In this document: piece by piece, positions 1 through 13,863 of the stretch
How the letters are laid out: every line of letters begins with the position of its first letter
Numbering within the stretch: position 1 is the stretch's first letter
Assembly: GCF_006345805.1 (NCBI RefSeq)
Contig: NC_043005.1
Coordinates: forward strand, 75,020,001 to 75,084,000
Length of the DNA stretch: 64,000 nucleotides
Origin: Octopus sinensis
Taxonomy: Eukaryota
Direction of reading: 5' to 3'
Made by a program: the position numbers and the translations under genes
The notes under the pieces: generated by a model
What the model saw: only the letters and a program-made list of their open reading frames with translations
What the model was told of the DNA's origin: nothing
Databases searched by the model: none

Positions 1-57
1 ACAAAGACACATACACACACATGAATACACATACACACACACACACTTATATAAATC

Positions 58-592
58 TGGCATTCCAATTGATCTGATCAACAGAGTAGCCTGCTCATAA
101 AATCAAAGTACATGTGGCTGAGCACTCCATGGACACATGTACCCTTAAAGTAATTCCCAGTGAGATTCAACATAACACAGAATCTTTTCTACTCTAAGCA
201 CAAGTCCAGAAATATTGGGGGAGCGGGGCCAGTTGATTAGATCAACCCCAGTATGCAACTGGTACTGAAATTATTGACCCTGAGAGGATAAAAGGCAAAG
301 TTGACCTCAGCAGAATTTGAACTGAGAATGTAAAGATTGACAAAATATCGCTTTGCATTTTGCCTGGCATGCTAACATTTCTGCCAACTTTCCACCTTTC
401 AGTGTGACACAGAATGTGACAAGGCTGGCCCTTTGCATTACTGGTACAACTTACTTTCACTTTCATCAACTGAGTGGATTGGAGCAATGAGAAATGAAGT
501 GTCTTGCTCAAGAACACAACATGCTGCCAGGAATGAAACTCATGACCTTCTGACTGTGAGATGAATAGTCAAATCACTGAGCCATGCACTTT
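58..592 (-). mobile_element. tRNA-headed SINE (head H2, tail T1) interrupted by a family-C SINE
   Basis: Reverse complement matches the 48024-48573 element; split at 184-398. Confidence 0.75.
184..398 (-). mobile_element. Family-C tRNA-derived SINE with degenerate 18-bp TSD
   Basis: Matches other C copies; flanks TTCAACATAACACAGAAT (166-183) and TTCAGTGTGACACAGAAT (398-415). Confidence 0.8.
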
Positions 593-644
593 CACTATGT
601 ATTAAAGAAGACATACATTCTAATACTGTTTACATACTCAATAA

Positions 645-967
645 TAACAAGAGCACAAACCTCTGCCAAGGCAACACCAATGTCCACTCAACGATTAGCC
701 AGAGAAGATTTTTAAAATGAGAATATCAGAAACAAACTCGACTGCTCTCAAAAGTTAAATAAAAAAACAGGGAAAATAATCCAGAATATTTGTCGGGTAT
801 TGGCTTGATCCCAAAATCTAATCAGTTCATGCCAGTCACAAGACCAAACATCCCTGGAAGTTTCAACTGAATCCAACCTGTAGTTCTTGAGATATCTTGA
901 CCACGGACAAACAAACAAACAAACACGACTGGAAACAATACCTCCACCTTCGCTAAGGCAAGGTAAT
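645..967 (-). mobile_element. Helentron-associated non-autonomous element (HINE/DINE-1-like)
   Basis: Terminal hairpin ACCTCCACCTT-CGCT-AAGGCAAGGT, matching subterminal ACCTCTGCCAAGGC, and an internal (AAAC)n tract. Confidence 0.6.
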
Positions 968-977
968 AATTAATAAT

Positions 978-1172
978 CCTTTCTACTATAGACAAAAGGC
1001 CTGAAATTTGCAGGGAGGGGTTAAGTCAATTACATCAACTCCAGTACTCAACTGGTACTTAATTTATTGACCCCGAAAGGACGAAAGGCAAAGTGGACCT
1101 CAGTGGAATTTGAACTCAGAATGTAGTGATGGGTGAAATGTTGCAAAGTGTTCCATCCAGTGTGCTAACAAT
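978..1172 (-). mobile_element. Family-C SINE flanked by (TAA)n
   Basis: Sequence identity to other C copies. Confidence 0.75.
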
Positions 1173-2980
1173 TTAGTGATAATAATAATAATAATGAACT
1201 TATTGAGTACAGTGCCCTGGTGTACCACACCTTATCAGAAAAGGTAGCCAAAAGTGCATGTGCAGTACACAATAATGGGCAAAAAAGATAAGAAAGTGAA
1301 CAGTGAATGAGTCATGAAACAAAAACACTAAAAACAGAACATCAAATATACTGCTGGAGAATTTCAGGAAGTATGGAAGTTTTGAAGGATGTAGTTTCCT
1401 GATAGCTAACAACTGGTGTTTATTCTACGCTTCAGTTTATTCTATCCTTCAGCAGTGGGACAGTACTGTTGTTACCAGAATCAGATTAAGACCCATAGAG
1501 GCCTTAAGCATTTAAAAGATTTCTGTGCCTCCATAAATATGTAATTCCAAAACATAAGCAATAATAAGCCATAAAATATATTTTCATTTTTCAAAATGAA
1601 ATAAAAATAATTGTAAGATGGAAATTAATATTTATTTTTGTATATTTCCACTCTATTTATATTTAAAAAACTTTTTTCCTACTTTTTTTAATTGTAAAGT
1701 CTTTGATTAAATCCTCAAAATTATCTTACATAAGACATCTGCTTCTATACTGATCAGACATAGGACATCTTGAATATTATTTTAGCAAGTTCAAAGTGAT
1801 TTCTGTGGTGCCACCTCTTCCTTTGATGCCCTAAGCGTGTGCTTATTTTGCTTAATTGTTAATCCAGGGCTGGTTGTTACACATAAACTTCCAAAAACTA
1901 TTTGATTTATTTTGGAATTGAAGTGTACGCTACAAATTTACTGTCAAATATTCACACTAATACACTTCAGAAACTCATTCACTGACACAACCTCATTCTC
2001 TGCCTCTTCTACTTTTTAAAAAATTTTTTTACATGAACCTCAAATCTGAACTAGTTAGTTACATATCCAGTCATGCAAGCTTTCCAGCGCATCCATCAAT
2101 CTTCCTGCTATACCTTACTGTGAGTCAACTCCTAGATATTGCTGAGAATTATAAGGTGAAGTGTATGTCAAGAAGGAGGAGAGGATGGAGATCTATAATG
2201 TAGATAACACCCCCAAAGTTTCTAAGAAGACAACCTGTTGTAAGCACAGACCAGATCTAAAGATGGAGCAAGGTTCCAGTAACAAACACGAAGATGATAC
2301 GAGACTGAGATGGTACAGTTGATAGGAGCCCAAAAGGTAAGAGATAGGCTTTGAAAGTATGGAAATAAGGGAGGACAACAAGGAAACAGCAATGAGTTAA
2401 AGGGTAGGAGAGAATAATTATAAGACGTGAAGCAAATGCACACAAAATTATATTTGCTGCTCCACTGTAGATTTGATATATCAGACATGAAGGAAGGAAG
2501 AATATTTTTCCAGTTGATTGAAAGAAAGAGAATATAAGAGCCTAGACATCTGAGAGAGATGTGGTGAGTGATATCTTGAAGGATGGCTGTCTCATCACTT
2601 TGCCATATTTTTTGTACCATCATTGTAGTGGTCATTACCACAAGGTTCTGTCTTCATTGTGGTGCAGTGGGCTGTGTACCTCAGACTAGGACAGTAGTGT
2701 ACAAGCTCCTGGTAGGGCTTCCCATGATGGATAAGTCAAAGGATGGAGACCAGATATATGGACTAATATTATCCTTAAGCAAACCTAGAAGTTTGCTTAG
2801 GGACAACACCTCTGCCTAGGGCAAAAAAACCCCCAAAAAACGCAAAGTTACAGAAGCATCCTGCAACCAAACCATTAAAAAACCCTGATTTGAAGTAAAA
2901 CGGGATTTAAAGAAAGGAAGATGTCTTACTTTACAACGGTGGGATGTGGGTTACTTTGATTAGGTAGAGATCACAGGTTC

Positions 2981-3210
2981 TTAACCTTTTAGCATTTAAA
3001 CCGATTATATCTGGCCCATAATTTTCTACCTGTTTCATGCTCAAACTGGCCAGATTTGGCCTCTCATACCTACCCTGTAATGTCATTCTAAAAAATATAG
3101 AGTCATATCGTTGAGATCTTGAAGTTACAAGATAATGGATAATTAATTCAAAACAATTTGATTTAATAAGCATTACATTTGACAGAGTAATCTGAATGCT
3201 AAAGGGTTAA
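2981..3210. mobile_element. TTAA-flanked MITE (piggyBac-like, family E)
   Basis: TTAA-CCTTTTAGCATT...AATGCTAAAGGG-TTAA terminal inverted repeats. Confidence 0.8.
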
Positions 3211-3230
3211 ATTAATAAGTTGTTAAGACT

Positions 3231-3431
3231 AAGGTGGCAAGCTGGCAAAAACATAAGCATGTCAGGTAAAATGCTTAGCAGTATTTCGTGTGTCTGTACA
3301 TTCTGAGTTCAAATTCCACCAAGGTCGATTTTGCTTTTTATGCTTTCAAGGTCAAGAAAGTAAGTACCAATTGAGCATTGAAGTTGGAATAATTAACCTG
3401 AACTTGTTGGCCTTATGCTAAAATTTGAAAC
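3231..3431 (+). mobile_element. Family-C SINE
   Basis: AAGGTGGCAAGCTGGCA head, GAGTTCAAATTCC B-box, GCCTTATGCTAAAATTTGAAAC tail. Confidence 0.75.
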
Positions 3432-3691
3432 TAGTATATTGTTAAGGTGATGTTATTGATTTATGACTGTGTTTCATTAGCGTATTGTTTAATATTGCAA
3501 CTTCAGTTATTAGCAGAATAATCAAATAAAGTGAAAAATTGATGTATAAGAAATTAAACTGTAGTTTATTAAATCTTTTCAATCTAACTGCTGATTTAAT
3601 TAAATATAATGAAATTAAATTTAAAAAAAAAACACATCCAACAGCAATACTGTAAAGTTATACAAGCATTTTGTATGACAGGTTTGATACA

Positions 3692-4585
3692 CCATCACCA
3701 TCATCAACATTTAACGTCTGTTTTCCATGCTAGTATGGGTTGAATGGTTTGACAGGAGCTGGCCAGTTTGAAGGGCTGCCCTGGCTCTATGTCTGTTTTA
3801 GCATGGTTTCTACAGCTGGATGTCCTTCCTATCACCATCTACTTTGCAGAGTGTACTGGGTGCTTTTATGCAGCACCAACACAGGTGCGTTTACGTGGCA
3901 CCGGTAAAGGTGTTTTTTTATGTAGCACCAGCACCCATGAGCTCACAAGGTTAGGAATGCTCAGCCGGAGAGGGATGCAGGGAATAGCTTGTATGCAAGG
4001 ACAACCCTGATTTTACTTAGAATGATATGTCATTTCAAGAAAAGCAAACTGCCAGAAGCCTTGGTCCCCTCTCATTCCCTCTTTGAATCCCAGCATTCGT
4101 AGATCCTTTCTCACCACTTCATCCTATGTCTTCTTGGGTTTACCCCTTCCACATGTTCCCTCTACAATTTAAGATCAGCACCCTTTGATGCAGCTGTCTT
4201 CATTCATATGCATTACATGGCGACACCAGCACAGCCTTCTCTCTTGCATGCTACATCTGATGTTTTGTCTACCCGTCTACTCTCGAGACACTGTCATATA
4301 TGCACACAGACATTATCCATCCATCAAAGCATTCTGGTTTCATTTCTTTCAAGTGTTCACATATCCTCAGTAGTCACAACCCATGTCTCACTGCCATGTA
4401 GCATAGCTGTTCGTATACAGGCATCATACAATCTGCCCTTTACTCTCAGGGAGAGGCCCTTTGATACTAACAGATATTGTAGCTCTAAACTTTGCTCAGC
4501 CTATTCTTATTCTAGCAGCTAAGCTTTCAGAACAACCCTCCCCTCTACTAACTTGGTCACCTAAGTAACAGAAACCGTCTACTAA
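3692..4585 (-). mobile_element. RTE-clade LINE 3' fragment with 3'UTR (family-B tail) and (GAT)n end
   Basis: Minus strand reads VDGFCYLGDQ...[20 protein letters not shown] with stops, then runs into the B-type tail. Confidence 0.85.
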
Positions 4586-4631
4586 TTATAAAGATCCTCC
4601 CTCACATTTATGGTTTTTTATATAATTAATA

Positions 4632-4845
4632 CTGGTTTCTAATTTTGGCACAAGGTCAGCAATTTTGGGGATAGGGTTAAGTTGATTACATTGATCCCAG
4701 TGCTTAACTGGTAATTATGGACCCCAAAAAGATGAAATGCAAAAATCGACCTCAATGGAATTTGAACTCAAAATATAAGGTTGGATGAAATGCCACTAAG
4801 CATTTTACCTGTTGCACTAACGAATCTGCTAGTTTGCTGCTTTAA
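4632..4845 (-). mobile_element. Family-C SINE
   Basis: Identity to other C copies. Confidence 0.72.
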
Positions 4846-5460
4846 TCTTATATTATGAATATTATTTGGTTTTCTATAATCTTTAATCTGGAATAATTAT
4901 TGCATACCTTTGTAATAATTTATTTCATAATTTCCTGTCTTTTATTGTTTAATTAAGTAAGCAAACATTTTACTAATGCCTTCGTTAAAAATTTCCTTTA
5001 TTTTCTCCTATCATTATCATTACTCATGTTTGGCAATCAATTATTTGTTTTGTGCATGTATTGTAGGCAGTGGATCATCTACGTGGTCACTTGTCTCACT
5101 AGAAATATCAGCTAAATCTCTCTTATCAAATCAAACACTCTTGTCTTAGAAAAGAACGCATTGGATAATAAGATTCTGAATTCACTATGTCTACAAAAAG
5201 GGGAGGTTGGTCATGGATAGATACTCCATTCAGACCAAAAGTTCGCATGATATTATGCATTTAGTTCCAGTCAGAATATTGATTAAGTAAGTAATTCAAT
5301 TACAATAAAACATTTTGATGATGGTGAAGTCGCTTGACATAAGCCAAATGAAGTATTTGCATTTCCTAAAAACCCGCCTTCTTAGGAAAGCACGCCTATT
5401 TGACATTTTTTATACACAGAAGCCAAAGAACATTCCAAGATTCTCTGGGAAATCAGCCTC

Positions 5461-5496
5461 TATATAATAAAACCGGCAATACTCATTACTCTCAGT
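5461..5496 (+). promoter_or_regulatory. Candidate core promoter: TATA box plus Inr-like element
   Basis: TATATAA at 5461-5467, with TCATT (5483) or TCAGT (5492) 22-31 nt downstream; ATG at 5576. Motif and spacing evidence only. Confidence 0.4.
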
Positions 5497-5575
5497 AAGT
5501 CTGCTTGACCGGAACTTCATTTAGCACATTTGTTTAAAATATAGTCAGTTGTCATCTTTTTGAGAAGCAGCTGCC

Positions 5576-5664
5576 ATGCTGGGGGCAGACTTGCCCTTTC
5601 GACTGGTCTTTATTGCCAGTGTGATTTACACAGCAGAAATTACCATTGCAAATGGCATACAAAG
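5576..5664 (+). CDS. Exon 1: signal-peptide-like N-terminus [29 protein letters not shown]
   Basis: gccATG context, hydrophobic core, donor AG|gtaagg; phase 2 matches exon 2. Confidence 0.78.
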
Positions 5665-6132
5665 GTAAGGCAATGTATTTATAATATATCTATACATATT
5701 TAATCACGGATGTTTAACAAATTTATACACAGGAAAAAATATATACATAAAACATTATTTAAGATTGTCAAAGCAATGGATTAGAATTTTGATGAATTTT
5801 AACTATTTGCTGCAAAATCCCACTTACGATATAACTGCTCTGATCCAAGATCAATCTTTTTGTTTTATATTATTTACTAAAATATCAAGCATCTTAAAAT
5901 CCATACATCTTTTTACTAGTGGATCCTGACAAATTCGAAAGGACTTCTTACACAGAAATATGTCTCCACAAAGGGTGCTGGCATGGCTGTGTGGTAAGAA
6001 GTTTGCTTCCCAATCTCATGTTTTCGGGTTCAGTCCCACTGTGTGGTACTTGACCAAGTGTCTTCTGTTATAGCCTCAGGCTGACCAAAGCCTTGTGAGT
6101 GGATTTGGCAGACGAAAGCTGAAAGAAGCCTA

Positions 6133-6209
<77 letters not shown>

Positions 6210-7685
6210 GTATATATGTATGTATTTCTGTGTTTGTCCCCACACCATCACTTGACAACTGATGTTAGTGTGTTTACGTTCCTGTACTGATAGAATAAGT
6301 ACTAGGGGTTGAATTTTTTTAAACTAAAGGTGGTGCTCCAGCATGGCCACAGTCAAATGACTGAAACAAGTAAAAGAATAGTAACATGTAAAGGTTAGAT
6401 CCAAGGATCAAGCTGTAGGAAGTGAGTAAGCTTTGAGCAGTCCATAGATGGTACAAAAAAACAACTCTCAGGAACAATAGTGGTTTATTGATGTAGAAGG
6501 TTACTCTTTTACATTTTTACTTGTTTCAGTCATTTGACTGTGGCCATGCTGGAGCATCGCCTTTAGTCAAACAAATCAACCCAGGACTTATTCTTTGTAA
6601 ACCTAGTACTTATTCTATCGGTCTCTTTTGTCGAACCGCTAAGTTACGGGGATGTAAACACCCCAGCATCGGTTGTCAAGCGATGCTGGGGGGACAAACA
6701 CAGACACACGAACATATACACACACGTACATATATATAAGAATTTCAAACCATTATTCAACATTCAGGGATAGTAAAAAACGACATAGTATAGGGCTAAG
6801 TAAATTAGTTTGGCGTCTTAAAGACAACAATATAAATTTCAAGTTAGATTGGTTCATACTGTCTGTATCCTTTCCTTTTGATAAGGGCAGGAGATTTTGT
6901 AAAATTTGCAACTCTGAACTCTTCCATATTCTCTTCTCTAAGTAAACCCTAGTAAACACATTCATAGAAAAATCATACAAATGTAAACACTAGCAGAAAC
7001 ATACTTTCTACTCATATAAATGATAACGATAGTCACTGTGGTTTGAACAATTAGCTTAACGTGCACTCCACTTCAATAGCGAAATTCTTTCCTAAGCCTT
7101 CAAACATTCTTTCAATCAACGTACCCTTCCCTCTCCACTTGTTCCCTACCTATTTTTCCTTTAACTCTTCTCTTCCTACTATCTATCTTTGACGTCAATT
7201 CTGCTAACAGTTTTTTAAAAAACACTCATTATCGTTTTGTTTACCATGTAGGCAGTCATCGAAATTTTTGTTTGTCTTGTTGTTGAGAGAGGCTCCCTTT
7301 CTTTCCTGATGAGAAGATTGCATAATGCACCCTTTATTCCTTTGGAATGAAACCATGTGGTCTTTGAAACATATGTCGAGAGTAAAGGAATTTTGTTAGC
7401 ATCTTCGTTCGACTCCATTCTTTCATTTATTCATATACAACACACTAATTTCTGCACATGAACCTGGAGTTTCTACCCTTGGACAGGTTGCTTCAACCGT
7501 GTTTCTGATGTGAATTTGCTACCCTGGTTTCGGTTCAACGAATTTTCCATGCTGACGATAAACATAGGATAATTCATTCACCTATTTATATATATATCTT
7601 TATCTTTTATAAAACTTTTAATACTTTTGATAATTATATTAAAAAAAATTAATTAATAAATAAAATAATATATAAATATAAAAAT

Positions 7686-7739
<54 letters not shown>

Positions 7740-7978
7740 ATATATATATTTAAAATTTATAAGTTTAAATTATCTAAATAATTTTTTAATTTTTAACTTT
7801 TATATTTTTAAATTAATTTTATGTATTGGCTTATGTTTTTCACTGTTTGATTTGCCTAATAGTGGTTTTATCTCTAATTTAATATAATATAATGTATTTA
7901 TACTATAAAATTGGATTTAATCCTAAATCTAATTTTTCCCTGTAAGTTTGGATTTATTCCCTAATATTATTATATTAT

Positions 7979-8014
<36 letters not shown>

Positions 8015-10291
8015 ATATACACACACGACAGGCTTCTTTCAGTTTCCATCTACCAAATCCACTCACAAGGCTTTGGTCAGCCTGAGGCTATAGTAGAAGA
8101 CACCTGCCCAAGGTGCCATGCAGTGGGACTGAACCAGGAACCGTATGGTTGGTGAGCAAGCTACTTACCACACAGCCACTTCTTTTTCCCATATCAAAGT
8201 TCAATAAGCTGAAAAAAGTCATTTTATAGTTCATGATTAGCAGCTGGGGCTGCCATGTATATGAATAAAAATCCAAATTTAGGGGACAGAGTAGATAAGA
8301 TCCTTTCGTAGCTAGCAGAACCTAGCCAGCTTCAATAATACCAAACTTCTTCCCTCTACTCATCTCCCTTTCTGTTTCTTTATTTGTATTCTTATTCTTT
8401 TTCTTAACAACTTTAGACATTTTCTCACTCTCATATATTATTTCTTCTCAGATATGTTTTCCCTTTTGTTCTCTCTGTACTTTCCCCTCATTTTTTATCA
8501 ATTCTCCTACAAGATTACATGGGTTCCCTTAACATCGATGTAACTTTCATTTGACTAAGGTATCTTTGGCCTGAAGAATAGCTAATGGATTACCTCTTGT
8601 TTGGGTAAATACCATTTCCAAGGTTCTGCTGTTTGTGAAACAAAACATATGCAGCCTCTAAATTTGGATTATATATATATATATATATATATATATAGAT
8701 GCAGGAGTGGCTGTGTGGTAAGTAGCTTGCTTACCAACCACATGGTTCTGCGTTCAGTCCCACTGCGTGGCACCTTGGGCAAGTGTTTCCTACTATAGCC
8801 TCAGGCTGACCAAAGCCTTGTGACTGGATTTGGTGCATGAAAACTGAAAGAAGCCCGTCGTGTGTGTATGTGTGTATGTTTGTGTGTCTGTTTGTCCCCC
8901 CACCATTGCTTGACAACTGATGTTGGTGTATTCACGTCTCCGTAACTAAGTGGTTCAGCAAAAGCGAGTGATAGAATAAGTTCTAGGCTTACAAAGAATA
9001 AGTTCTGGGGGTCAATTTGTTTGACTAAAGGTACTGCTCCAGTATAGCCGCAGTCAAATGACTGAAAGAAATAAAAGAATTAAAGAATATACATATATGT
9101 GAGGGTGCTGAAAAGTTCCTGGCTTTGGGTAAAAGAGAATACAGGAGGATCAGTTAATTATGATTTATTTCAACATATTCCCCTCTCAGATTCACACACT
9201 ACAGTGGCCCTTCAGTTTTTCTAAGCCCTGTAAAAGAACTCAGAAGTTTGGGCCTCTAACCAAGCCTTTCAAAATGCCCTTAAAGCCAGGAACTTTTCAG
9301 CACCCACTCATACACACACACACACACACTTGAAAAGGGTTTAAGGATCCATACAAACCAAAGGTTATAGATAAAAAGTAAAAGTGGATACAATATGGAA
9401 GCACTCTTTACTTGCCTCAGTCATTTGACTGCGGCCATGTTGGAGCACCACTTTTAGTCGAGCAAATCGACCCCGGGACTTATTCTTTGTAAGTCTAGTA
9501 CTTATTCTATTGGTCTCTTTTGCCAAACCGCTAAGTGACGGGGACGTAAACACAGCAGCATCGGTTGTCAAGCAATGCTAGGGGGACAAACACACACAAA
9601 CATACATATATATATACATATATACGACAGGCTTCTTTCAGTTTCCGTCTACCTAATCCACTCACAAGGCATTGGTCGGCCCGGGGCTATAGCAGAAGAC
9701 ACTTGCCCAAGATGCCACACAGTGGGACTGAACTCGGAACCATGTGGTTGGTAAGCAAGCTACTTACCACACAGTCACTCCTGCACACTTAAAGATTTAA
9801 AAAATTTTTCCTTCTTTTAATCGGACATGAGAAGTATTCTTATATTTGTTAAATTAAGTGACTCCCATAAAATATTACCAGTTTTGATGTGTATGTCCAT
9901 CTTATGAAATATAAAAAAATTCAAAGACAAGGATTGGGAGATGAAATTAGGAAATAAGAAAAAAATTGGCAGTTAAAACAATTTGTTCTTATAGTCTGTG
10001 TGTAGTTAAGAGCACATTTTAAGAGCATGTCATCATCATCGTCATCATCATCATCCTTTGCCGTCCATTTTCCATACTGACATGAGTTGGTTAGTTTATT
10101 TAGAGCTGGCAGTTGGAGAGCTGCACTAGGTTCCAGTCTGATTTGGCTTGGTTTCTACAGCTGGATGCTTTTCCTAACATCAACCACTTTACAGTGAGTG
10201 CTGGGTGGTTTTAATGTAGCACTGGTATGGGCACTTTTACGGGGTGCCAACACAAGTGCTTTTTCTATCTATGCCTCAATCTATTTACCTA

Positions 10292-10381
<90 letters not shown>

Positions 10382-13300
10382 CAGACACACATATTTGCGT
10401 GTATGTGAAAGATGAGTGGACCAGGGATAACTGTGTTTATGTGGCATGAGCCAAGCCCTATCCAAGGAGCAGAGGAGATAGTAGTAATGATAGAAAAGCA
10501 AAAAAAAAAAAAGAAAAGAAAAAAGAGACAGCATTATTGTGGACCAGAGACAAGGGTGAGGTTTATGCCAATTGGTTGTGACTCTTCTGGATGCTGTATA
10601 GGACATCTGTGTGCACTGCAGCAGCAGCAGCAGCAGCAGCAGCAGTGGCACTGTTTCAAATATGAGAGTAATATTCCATTGTGGGCCTCACCTGAGCTTT
10701 GTATGTAGAATATCAATAATTGTTGGAGCCTGAATTATCAACTGACACCGAATGGAAGGGCCAGTTGTTGTGATGCAGCCTTAACTATGTTAAGGGTGTG
10801 CTAGCAAGCCCCAACATTGAGAACAATTGTGAGGGCTCTAGCGACATGTTGCACATGATTTAGAAGTGTGTGGTGCAATGATGTTTTCTTGATATGAGCA
10901 TGTGTTTTTATGAAAGAAACAAGACTGACATTTTACCAGTGGAGGAAGGTTTTAAGGTTTTTCTTAATGTTGTTGTTAATGCATTACTAGTGTTATTATT
11001 GCTCTTATTTTTGCTTTCATTACTCTTGTTTGTAATATTTTGCTCATCCCTCAAGGCAACCAGCTGGTAGGATCATTAGCACACTGAGAAAAATGCTTAG
11101 CACAATTTTTTCCATCTTTATATTCTGAGTTCAAATGCTGCTGAGGCAAAATTTGCCTTTTCTCATTTCAAGGTCAATGAAGTAAGTACCAGTTGAACAC
11201 TGGGGTCAATGAAATCGACTAACCCCTTCCATGGAATATGCTGGCCTTGTGTCAAAATTGAAATCATTATTTCAAAATAATTTTAAATCATTATTGAATG
11301 AGAGAGCAGTGCATGCCATCAAACTGACACTGGGGTAAAATACACAAAGCCCAATATACCCATCATGTGTACCTGTCTGATTATGGTATGTCAGGTACAT
11401 GTATCACAAACATATGTGCATGATATGGTGATTCTGTATCAAGATAAACAGTGCATGACCTTGCAGATGGGGTCCAGTTAGAATTTTCTTCAGGTCAAGT
11501 AGGCCATCCCACACAAAAGTTCCCTGAATAAGGGTTGTTTAAGGATGATGAACAAAACACCCATGTTTCCCGAAGTGAATTATCCAAATTCAAAAGAATT
11601 CCACTCATAACATAGCTATGATGCACCCCCACCACTTCTGCTTGTGGTCAGCGATGCACATGAAGTCACCCACTAAGGGATATGCTCAACTGGTTAAGGT
11701 CAAACAACTGACAAGCAAATCTGTGGTATTGAGCAGAATATTTGCTGTAGTCCATATTTTATACCAAGACAAAATAATTTACATGATAACACTTCCAATC
11801 AGCTAATACCAAGAGCCATGAGAGCCACTGCCTGGGACTGCATCAGGGCATTTATTATTATTATTTGATGAAAACACTCAGCTTATTTTGCTGGGTATGA
11901 TGGAAAGTATCAGCTGTCCACAACCAGCAGACTAAGGTAACACTTGTTTACTGGTCATACTTCAAGAACCTTGCATAGAATTCTTGCAGTTCCAAGCAAT
12001 ACTGATTTTTCTAGGTGTTCAATTTTTACATTTGTACCAATCTTTTTGAGCCATGTTGGTTGGCAGTTGAGTGCTGATACTTCCAAGTGTGCCAGTTACT
12101 ATTGGTATCATGTCTCTCCTCATTAACCACAACCTTCGTATTTCCCACTTAAAATTGTCATAGTTGTTCAGTTTTTCATCTTTCTCTTTAATCCTGTTGT
12201 CACCAGGATATGCTATGCTGATTATCATGCAAGTTTTTGTTATTTACCACAACAATGTCTGGTTTCTGATGTCTGGTCAGGTGACTGCACTGAATCATTG
12301 CATCCCACAAGATTTTGCAATCTTCATTCTCGGTGACTCCTTCTGGAGTTTGCTCATTCTTTGCTCGTTGTCGGCTATGATTTCCACAGGGCTCTCAATG
12401 ATTCTTTTTTGCACATTGTCATTTCGTCTTTTGTAATCACGTTGTGTCAATTTTGAGCACTTGCTAATGATGTGCCCTACCATTTCACCCTTCTCACTAT
12501 ACGTTCTGCATTTGCTACTCTCAGGAGTCTTCTCGATTCTGTATCTCACATAGTTAGTCCTTAATGCTTGTTCTTGTGCTGCACATATAAGTGCTTCTGC
12601 CTCTATTTTTCAGGTCACTCCTACTCATCCATAGCCACCAATCTTCTGTAGCTGTCTTGGTATTCATATCTCTTGCAAACTGACCATACATTGTTTCTTC
12701 TTACATGTTTCTTTTTTTGTGTTCTTTTCCTCTTTAAGTTTTTCATTCTTTACACATTTATTAATTTTTATGATGCCAGACTTCTTCACATGTTTTAACA
12801 GTGGTTCCATAGTATTTTTTACATATCAGCCTAAGCTCTTTTCGTCTGCTTCAATAAATCCTGGCAACTGATGAAATCTCTCTCACTCTTTCTTCTGGAC
12901 AAGTACAGCCTATCAGTATCACTCTTAGGGTGGAATGCTCTATGCACTGTCAATATTTTTCTTGTCTTCGAATCCATGTTTATCAATTCTATCTTTTGAC
13001 AGTTTATTATTATTATTATTATTATTATTATGAATACTATTATTAAGGCAGCAAGCTGGCAGAATCATTAACATGCACGGCAAAATGCTTAGAGGCATTT
13101 CATCTATCTATATCTTCTGAGTTCAAATTCTTCCAAGGCTGAGTTTGCCTTCCATCATTTCAAGGTTGATAAAATAAGTACCAGTTGAACACTGGGGTTG
13201 ATGTAATTTACTTATCCTCTCCCCTGAATTAGCTGGCCATGATCTTGTGCCAAAACTTGAAGTTATTATTATCATCATTTACTTTTAATCTGCATGTTTG

Positions 13301-13789
13301 TTACAATCACTTGCCGGGACACACCCAGCATCCTAGGGCAAGTAAAGGTTAAGAGATGTTACAGTATGACTGAAAGCTTGGGGAGAGGAAGGGGCAGGGA
13401 CAGTAGTGAAATATTTTCATGTAATACAACACTGACGTTTAAATGGATAGAAGTTTTCTAGGGATGAGGGTGGTACTTGTCAGCACAATCTTTTGGATTT
13501 CTCTGAGACATGATTCTCATGGGATATTATGTAGATGTTTCTGACATCCCTTTCTTATCATACATAGGGTACCCACAATAACATAAACAGTTCTCGCTTT
13601 AAGATGCCACATCTTTTGTATTTCAATTTCCAGGTCCTTATATTTACATAATTTGTCAAATTCCATTGTAGATATATCTTTATCAGTGGGAACACTTACA
13701 TCTATTAGTCTACAAGTATTTTCTTCTCTTTCTTTAATGACTATGTCAGGTCAATTAGCCTGGTGTTGACTGGAAAATTATTATTATTA

Positions 13790-13863
<74 letters not shown>

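Noticed and set aside
2150-2900. Possible degraded RTE fragment (RLRW-like peptide)
   Set aside because: Too diverged to delimit or classify with confidence.
7600-7800. Quasi-palindromic AT-rich stretch
   Set aside because: Low complexity around (TA)n; the symmetry is compositional.
10412-10716. PolyQ/polyC/polyL ORFs around (CAG)n
   Set aside because: Microsatellite-driven; no splice context or recognisable domain.
11290-11850. Probable interspersed repeat next to the RLE cluster
   Set aside because: Single copy in the window with no diagnostic termini or coding motif; cannot be supported as a classed feature.
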